Positions 5,807 to 10,339 of a stretch of DNA of 10,339 bases are shown one piece after another (the stretch's first letter is position 1; each line of letters opens with the position of its first letter). The stretch comes from Verrucomicrobiota bacterium. Lineage in GTDB: Bacteria; Verrucomicrobiota; Verrucomicrobiia; Chthoniobacterales; UBA6821. The stretch is taken from NCBI GenBank assembly GCA_008932965.1, contig WBXG01000060.1:1-10339 (forward strand), written 5' to 3'. A program made the translations under genes and the position numbers. The notes beneath the pieces were generated by a model that saw only the letters and a program-made list of their open reading frames with translations, was not told the DNA's origin and did not search any database.

Positions 5807-6889
5807 ATGACAACCACTACTCCAGATTCCAAAGAGGTGGCACAAGCCCCGATCAACCTTGCGTTCACAAGCGAGCTAAAAATTGCTGCGTTACGTGAGA
5901 TGCTCCGTATTCGTCGTTTTGAGCAGCAAGCACTTAAGTTCTATAATCAGGGAAAGATGGGGGGATTTCTCCATCTCTATATTGGTCAGGAATCAGTTGC
6001 CGTCGGTGCTGCTTCGTTCATGAATGGCCATGATGAAATGATTACGGCTTATCGCGACCATGGCCATGCGTTGGCTGTTGGAATGAGCATGGAGGAATGC
6101 ATGGCAGAACTCTTTGGCAAAGCCACGGGGTGCTCTAAAGGTAAGGGAGGGTCGATGCATTTTTTTGCTCCAGACAAACACTACTGGGGCGGTCACGGAA
6201 TCGTTGCTGGCCAGGTCCCACTCGGTCTTGGATTAGCCTTTGCCTTGAAATACAAAAATATTCCTGGGTGTGCCCTCTGTTTCCTTGGTGATGGAGCTGT
6301 TAATCAAGGTGTCGTTGCCGAATCACTCAATCTTGCCTCGCTTTGGGATCTTCCCATTGTTTTTATTATTGAGAATAATGGCTATTCGATGGGAACGAGC
6401 TTGGAACGCTCCTCTGCCATCGCCGACTGCCTTGCAGAAAGAGCTGCTGGCTTCAACATGAAATGGAGTGTGGTTAATGGCTCTCATTTTTATGAACTAA
6501 GAGCGACCCTTCATGCCTCCATGGAAGAGGCTCGAACGACCTTACATCCTGTTCTTTTAGAAATTAAAACCTATCGCTATTACGGTCATTCTATTGCGGA
6601 TGCCAATCACAAAAAATATCGAACTGCTGAAGAAATTGAACAGTATAAAAAAAATCATGACCCTATTTCCTGTTGGCAACATCAGCTTATCGAGGAGGGA
6701 ATCCTTACTGAATCGATGCTAGAGTCGATCGATAGGGCTGCAAAAGAGGAGGCTGCTGCCTCGGTTGCCTTTGCCGAAGCTAGTCCTTGGCCAGAACCAT
6801 CAAGCATCTTCACCGATATCTATTCAGAAGTCGATTCTGCAAGTGACGCAGGACGAACAGGTGTCCATTTTTTTAGTGATCTCTCCTAA
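5807..6889 (+). CDS. pdhA: Pyruvate dehydrogenase (acetyl-transferring) E1 component, alpha subunit
   Basis: The protein shows the heterotetrameric-type E1 alpha pattern: MLRIRRFEQQALKFYNQGKMGGFLHLYIGQE. The thiamine diphosphate-binding motif is GDGAVNQG...NLASLWDLPIVFIIENNGY, followed by YRYYGHS. E1 beta and E2 genes follow directly. I prefer the ATG at 5807 (MTTTTPDSKE...) to the track's TTG at 5732. Confidence 0.9.
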   Translation: MTTTTPDSKEVAQAPINLAFTSELKIAALREMLRIRRFEQQALKFYNQGKMGGFLHLYIGQESVAVGAASFMNGHDEMITAYRDHGHALAVGMSMEECMAELFGKATGCSKGKGGSMHFFAPDKHYWGGHGIVAGQVPLGLGLAFALKYKNIPGCALCFLGDGAVNQGVVAESLNLASLWDLPIVFIIENNGYSMGTSLERSSAIADCLAERAAGFNMKWSVVNGSHFYELRATLHASMEEARTTLHPVLLEIKTYRYYGHSIADANHKKYRTAEEIEQYKKNHDPISCWQHQLIEEGILTESMLESIDRAAKEEAAASVAFAEASPWPEPSSIFTDIYSEVDSASDAGRTGVHFFSDLS

Positions 6890-6949
6890 GAAAATTTACA
6901 GTATCGTGACTTGTTCCTTATTTGAATTTTTACGTCTTTTTTAATAGCC

Positions 6950-7924
6950 ATGCCCCTGATCACCTACCGCAAAGCCCTCAACGAAGCCTTCGCCGAAGAG
7001 CTTTCCCGTGATGAGTCTGTTTTCTTAATGGGAGAGGAAGTTGCTGAATACAACGGCGCCTACAAGGTTACAGAGGGACTTTGGGAACGATTTGGTTCTA
7101 AGCGGGTCATTGACACTCCTATTAGTGAAGCTGCTTTTTTAGGACTGGGTGTTGGAGCGGCCATGATGGGGCTTCGGCCAGTAGTGGAATTGATGTTCTG
7201 GAGTTTTGCCTATGTTGGATTTGATCAAATCATCAACAATGCAGGGTGTGTTCGTTATATGTCAGGGGGTCTTATTAATGTTCCGATGGTCATTCGTGGA
7301 CCTGCCAATGGAGGGACTAGTGTCGGTGCTACACATTCCCATACCCCCGAAAACCTGATTGCTAATACTCCTGGCCTCAAGGTTGTCTGTCCGGCTACCC
7401 CTTATGATGCCAAAGGCCTGATGATTGCCTCGATTCGAGATAATGACACGGTTTGTTTTATGGAAAACACACTTCTTTATGGCACTACAGGAGAAGTTCC
7501 AGAAGGCTCCTATACCATTCCTCTTGGTGTTGCTGATTGTAAACGTGAGGGAACTGATATCTCCTTTATCACCTATGGACGTGCTGTCTTAACCGCCCTA
7601 GAGGCAGCTGTCATTCTCCAAGCGGAGCATGGAATCTCTGCTGAAGTCATCGACCTGCGTTCGATCCGTCCTCTGGATGAAGAGGCCATATTGAATTCTG
7701 TAGCTAAAACACACCGTGTTGTTCTTATCGATGAAAACAAACCTTTCTGTGGTATTAGCTCGCAAATTGCCGCTACTATTGCCGAGAAAGCTTTTGATGA
7801 ACTCGATGCCCCCATTCTTCGAGTTACGGCCCTAGATGCTCCTGCTATTTATAGTATGCCCCTTGAAAAATTGCAGTTACCGACTCCTGAGCGTATTGTT
7901 AACAAAGCATTAACCCTTTTTTAG
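6950..7924 (+). CDS. pdhB: Pyruvate dehydrogenase E1 component, beta subunit
   Basis: The 324-aa ORF has the typical transketolase-like pyrimidine-binding and C-terminal domains: EEVAEYNGAYKVTEGLWERFGSKRVIDTPISEAAF.GLGVGAAMMGLRPVVE and IDLRSIRPLD. It sits between the E1 alpha and E2 genes. Confidence 0.93.
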   Translation: MPLITYRKALNEAFAEELSRDESVFLMGEEVAEYNGAYKVTEGLWERFGSKRVIDTPISEAAFLGLGVGAAMMGLRPVVELMFWSFAYVGFDQIINNAGCVRYMSGGLINVPMVIRGPANGGTSVGATHSHTPENLIANTPGLKVVCPATPYDAKGLMIASIRDNDTVCFMENTLLYGTTGEVPEGSYTIPLGVADCKREGTDISFITYGRAVLTALEAAVILQAEHGISAEVIDLRSIRPLDEEAILNSVAKTHRVVLIDENKPFCGISSQIAATIAEKAFDELDAPILRVTALDAPAIYSMPLEKLQLPTPERIVNKALTLF

Positions 7925-7945
7925 AACACTTACCCTCTTTATAGT

Positions 7946-9202
7946 ATGCCTGAAATCACGATGCCCAAGTTAAGCGATACGATGACTGAAGGAACCCTCC
8001 TTCGCTGGTGCAAACAAAAGGGAGATCCCATTGACATTGGTGATCTTCTTGCAGAAGTAGAAACCGATAAAGCCACCATGGAAATGGAGGCCTTTGAAGA
8101 AGGAATCCTCTCTGAACTTTTTGTTGAGGAAGGAGCAAAAGTGGCCGTAGGAGCTCCGATTGCTTTTATTTTAGGGAAAAATGAAACCCTCACAGAGAGA
8201 AGTCCATCAACGTCGCCTCCAACAGCCCCCACTTCTTCTACTTCAACCTCCCTTACCCCTCCAGCCATCACTCCAGGATCTTCTCGGCAAGCGGTTCCCA
8301 GCAACACCACAATCTCTTCGATTCGGATCAAAGTCTCTCCTCTTGCTCGCAAAATTGCGGCAGAGCGTGGTCTTCGTTTGGAAACAGTTGCAGGAAAAGG
8401 AACCGGTCCTGGTGGAAGAATTATTGCTGCTGATGTGATTCATGCTCCCCTTACTCCAATACCGACCTCTACTGGTTCGGCTTCGAGTTCTTCGATCCTC
8501 CCCACACCGATTAGCGGAAATCCACATAGTGAAATTCCGCTAACCAACATGCGGCAGATTATTGCTCAACGTCTCTTAGCAAGCAAAACACAAATCCCCC
8601 ATTTTTATCTCTCCATCGAAATCGATGCTGCCCCAATGGTTGCCTTTCGAAAAGAATTCAATACATTAGGAAATAAAATTACTTTCAATGACCTTGTCCT
8701 CCTAGCTGTCGCTCGTGCCGCTATGGAGAAGCCGAAGATCAATGCTGCTTTTGGCCTCACCTCTATTTTTCAATATGAAAGTGTGAACCTCTGCGTTGCT
8801 ATTGCTGTGGAGGAGGGACTTGTCACTCCCGTGATTCGCGATGCTCACCTCAAATCCCTTCCAGAAATCAGTGCTGCTGTTAAAGACCTTGCCATACGGG
8901 CACGCGAAAAAAAATTAAGACCCGAGGAATTTTCAGGTGGCACGATCACCGTTTCTAATCTTGGGGCCTATGGTATCAATGAGTTTTGTGCCATTATTAA
9001 CCCTCCTCAAGCAGCTATTTTAGCAGTGGGGGCCATTGTCAAAAAACCGGTTGTCGATGCTCAAGATCAGATTGTCGTGGGACAACGTCTCTCCATAACG
9101 CTCAGTGGTGATCATCGTGTGGTAGATGGAGCTGTGGCTGCTGAGTACTTATCAGCGCTTAGGTTGCTACTAGAATCACCGAACAAATTACTCCCTGTTT
9201 AG
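7946..9202 (+). CDS. pdhC: Dihydrolipoyllysine-residue acetyltransferase (E2 component of pyruvate dehydrogenase), single lipoyl domain
   Basis: One lipoyl domain carries the lipoyl-lysine motif VETDKATMEMEA. A Pro/Ser/Thr linker follows, then a peripheral subunit-binding domain (VSPLARKIAAERGLRLETVAGKGTGPGGRIIAADV) and a second linker. The catalytic domain has the DHRVVDG active-site motif. No E3 (lpd) gene follows. Confidence 0.93.
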   Translation: MPEITMPKLSDTMTEGTLLRWCKQKGDPIDIGDLLAEVETDKATMEMEAFEEGILSELFVEEGAKVAVGAPIAFILGKNETLTERSPSTSPPTAPTSSTSTSLTPPAITPGSSRQAVPSNTTISSIRIKVSPLARKIAAERGLRLETVAGKGTGPGGRIIAADVIHAPLTPIPTSTGSASSSSILPTPISGNPHSEIPLTNMRQIIAQRLLASKTQIPHFYLSIEIDAAPMVAFRKEFNTLGNKITFNDLVLLAVARAAMEKPKINAAFGLTSIFQYESVNLCVAIAVEEGLVTPVIRDAHLKSLPEISAAVKDLAIRAREKKLRPEEFSGGTITVSNLGAYGINEFCAIINPPQAAILAVGAIVKKPVVDAQDQIVVGQRLSITLSGDHRVVDGAVAAEYLSALRLLLESPNKLLPV

Positions 9203-9223
9203 CCCGCATGAAATATGCGGGCT
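9201..9223. terminator. Hairpin between convergent pdhC and the exonuclease gene (9-bp perfect stem, 5-nt loop), likely a bidirectional terminator
   Basis: agcccgcat (9201-9209), loop gaaat, atgcgggct (9215-9223). The stem is GC-rich and perfect. It begins inside the pdhC stop codon (TAG, 9200-9202) and ends 9 nt before the exonuclease stop (9233-9235). No clear U-tract follows on either strand, so confidence is moderate. The sequence derives from the repeat-family terminal motif. Confidence 0.5.
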
Positions 9224-9232
9224 CTCCCCCTC

Positions 9233-10207
9233 TCACAAGAGCAATTCCAGTTGATTGACTCCTCCCAAAGCAAGAGCATCGATCCCTAAATATCTGAGAT
9301 CCCTTGCGAATTCTTCTGTGTAGCCATGTACAGTATAAACTTTTTGAGCTTCGACTTCTTCAACATGCTCAATGAGCTCCCCATGATCTGCATGGTCTGA
9401 TAGAGGAAAAGCCTCATCACATTGGTAGCGATAGATCGCTCCCTCATTCACTGCCCACCCACTGATGATAGCAGAGCGAATTTTTTTAAGTGAGGATAAT
9501 GAAGAGCGGATATTGGGAGGAAGAATCAATACTCTCTGCTCATGATTAACCTTATCCCACACGCTATAAGAACCGAGATCAATACCATACTCTTCGTAGA
9601 CGGCACTGATCCTAGCCACAGATTCATGAACCACAGGATGAATGCTAGCTCGATCCAAAATTGCCATGAGTTCTTGAGCTTTACCCAGAGAATAGGCGAG
9701 CAGAACGGGATTTTCTTGAGACTCGAGGGTCCTATGACAGAAATCAATAATTCTCTGATGCGTCTGCTCAACTGGAGGAAAGGAATAGCGAGGTAGTCCA
9801 AAGGTCGACTCGATGATAAGTGTTTCTGCCTTCCGTGTTGTGGAATCCTCGCAAGTGAGACTCTCCCTTCTCTTAAAATCTCCTGTATAAAGAAGACTCC
9901 CCTCCTCCGTTTCCACAAGGACCTGAGCAGATCCTAAAACATGACCTGCTGGAATAAGGGTAATTCGAGTATGAGATCTCTCCCAAGGAGTAAAGTAGGG
10001 CAATTCATGAATGATGGTGCGAGTGGGAGCAGCTTTCCTAGCCTTCATGAGTGCTATTGTTGTAGGGGTTGCAATGGTCTCCCGATGCCAGCCTGCATGA
10101 TCACTGTGAGCATGGGTCACCACTCCTAAGGGAACAGTTTTCTTGGGATCAAGCCAGAGAGCAGCACTTGGAAGATAAATTCCTTTTTTGAGTTGAACAT
10201 CGATCAT
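9233..10207 (-). CDS. MBL-fold beta-CASP family exonuclease (resembles ligase-associated DNA damage response exonuclease / RNA-processing exonuclease, COG1236-like)
   Basis: The 324-aa ORF has the metallo-beta-lactamase HxHxDH motif as THAHSDHAG near the N-terminus and a later GH (PAGHVLGSA). Beta-CASP-like C-terminal motifs are LSDHADHGELIEHV and VYTVHGY. The N-terminal pattern (GIYLPSAALWLDPKKTVPLGVVTHAHSDHA) resembles, from my memory, the ligase-associated exonuclease family. Confidence 0.8.
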   Translation of the reverse strand: MIDVQLKKGIYLPSAALWLDPKKTVPLGVVTHAHSDHAGWHRETIATPTTIALMKARKAAPTRTIIHELPYFTPWERSHTRITLIPAGHVLGSAQVLVETEEGSLLYTGDFKRRESLTCEDSTTRKAETLIIESTFGLPRYSFPPVEQTHQRIIDFCHRTLESQENPVLLAYSLGKAQELMAILDRASIHPVVHESVARISAVYEEYGIDLGSYSVWDKVNHEQRVLILPPNIRSSLSSLKKIRSAIISGWAVNEGAIYRYQCDEAFPLSDHADHGELIEHVEEVEAQKVYTVHGYTEEFARDLRYLGIDALALGGVNQLELLL

Positions 10208-10216
10208 TTGGCCGGG

Positions 10217-10339
10217 CTAGCCCGGATATTTCATACTGAATCGTTATGAGGCGCCGTGCAAAGCTTATTAGTACAAGGCGGACGAAGGATTGGGATGCCG
10301 GGCTGTATGTTTCATACTGCCCAAATCACAATTCGAGAC
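10217..10339 (+). mobile_element. Second copy of the MITE-like element (left 123 nt; truncated by the window edge)
   Basis: It aligns gap-free to 5504-5626 with 113/123 identical bases by my hand count, and the last 28 nt are identical. The terminal motif tagcccggatatttca starts 11 nt upstream of the exonuclease start codon (10205-10207). Confidence 0.6.

Noticed and set aside
5993-6461. ORFs 5993-6196 (-) and 6270-6461 (+) within pdhA
   Set aside because: These are shadow ORFs. The pdhA frame carries the TPP-binding motif across this exact region.
7573-7815. 80-aa minus-strand ORF within pdhB
   Set aside because: It is antisense to a well-supported gene and has an Ala/Ser-rich shadow composition.
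7848-7950. 13-nt exact duplicate tttatagtatgcc at 7848-7860 (inside pdhB) and 7938-7950 (spanning the pdhC start codon), 90 nt apart
   Set aside because: Roughly one chance 13-mer repeat is expected in a 10-kb AT-leaning window. One copy is coding and the other spans a start codon, there is no flanking similarity beyond 16 nt, and no structural relationship.
7939-8527. Four ORFs (7939-8352 -, 7956-8138 -, 8181-8438 +, 8243-8527 -) overlapping the 5-prime half of pdhC
   Set aside because: They are produced by the compositionally biased Pro/Ser/Thr linker-coding DNA, which lacks stop codons in several frames. The pdhC frame contains the lipoyl, PSBD and catalytic motifs in proper order, so there is no sign of a frameshift or an overlapping gene.
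9526-10129. ORFs 9526-9918 (-), 9542-9796 (+) and 9941-10129 (+) within the exonuclease gene
   Set aside because: These are alternative-frame or antisense ORFs without motifs. The 324-aa frame carries the HxHxDH and beta-CASP motifs.
1-10339. Searched by eye for CRISPR arrays, tRNA/rRNA genes, tandem repeats and integrase or transposase genes
   Set aside because: I saw no regularly spaced direct repeats, no cloverleaf-like or rRNA-like segments in the short intergenic regions, and no ORF with recombinase or transposase motifs. The only repeats found are the MITE-like family and the bamA-leader inverted repeat.

Overview
The window holds nine confident protein genes and one edge-truncated ORF. 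I saw no rRNA, tRNA or CRISPR array. From left to right: a partial secreted-protein ORF (-), bamA/Omp85 (-), a HAD-family hydrolase (-), a class A serine beta-lactamase (+), a hicA-hicB toxin-antitoxin pair (-), a pyruvate dehydrogenase-type pdhA-pdhB-pdhC operon (E1 alpha, E1 beta, E2; +), and a convergent MBL-fold beta-CASP exonuclease (-). By eye the GC content is in the low to mid 40s percent. Most genes lack a Shine-Dalgarno sequence. The bamA plus three-gene pdhABC content resembles Chlamydiae-like or PVC genomes, but I cannot assign taxonomy from this window. The most interesting signal is non-coding. A repeat family is built on a terminal motif TA(A/G)CCCG(C/G)ATATTTCA, which occurs five times and always at gene boundaries. 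One copy is a complete 183-bp MITE-like element with 23-bp inverted ends (5505-5687). A second copy, 92% identical, runs off the right edge (10217-10339). A 24-nt ends-only remnant forms the hairpin between pdhC and the exonuclease gene and contains the pdhC stop codon. A solo end lies just after bamA. The second notable point is a small accessory-looking block (HAD hydrolase, beta-lactamase, hicAB) between the housekeeping genes bamA and pdhABC. I found no recognisable novel multi-gene defence system. All function calls rest on motifs read from the supplied translations, not on database searches.
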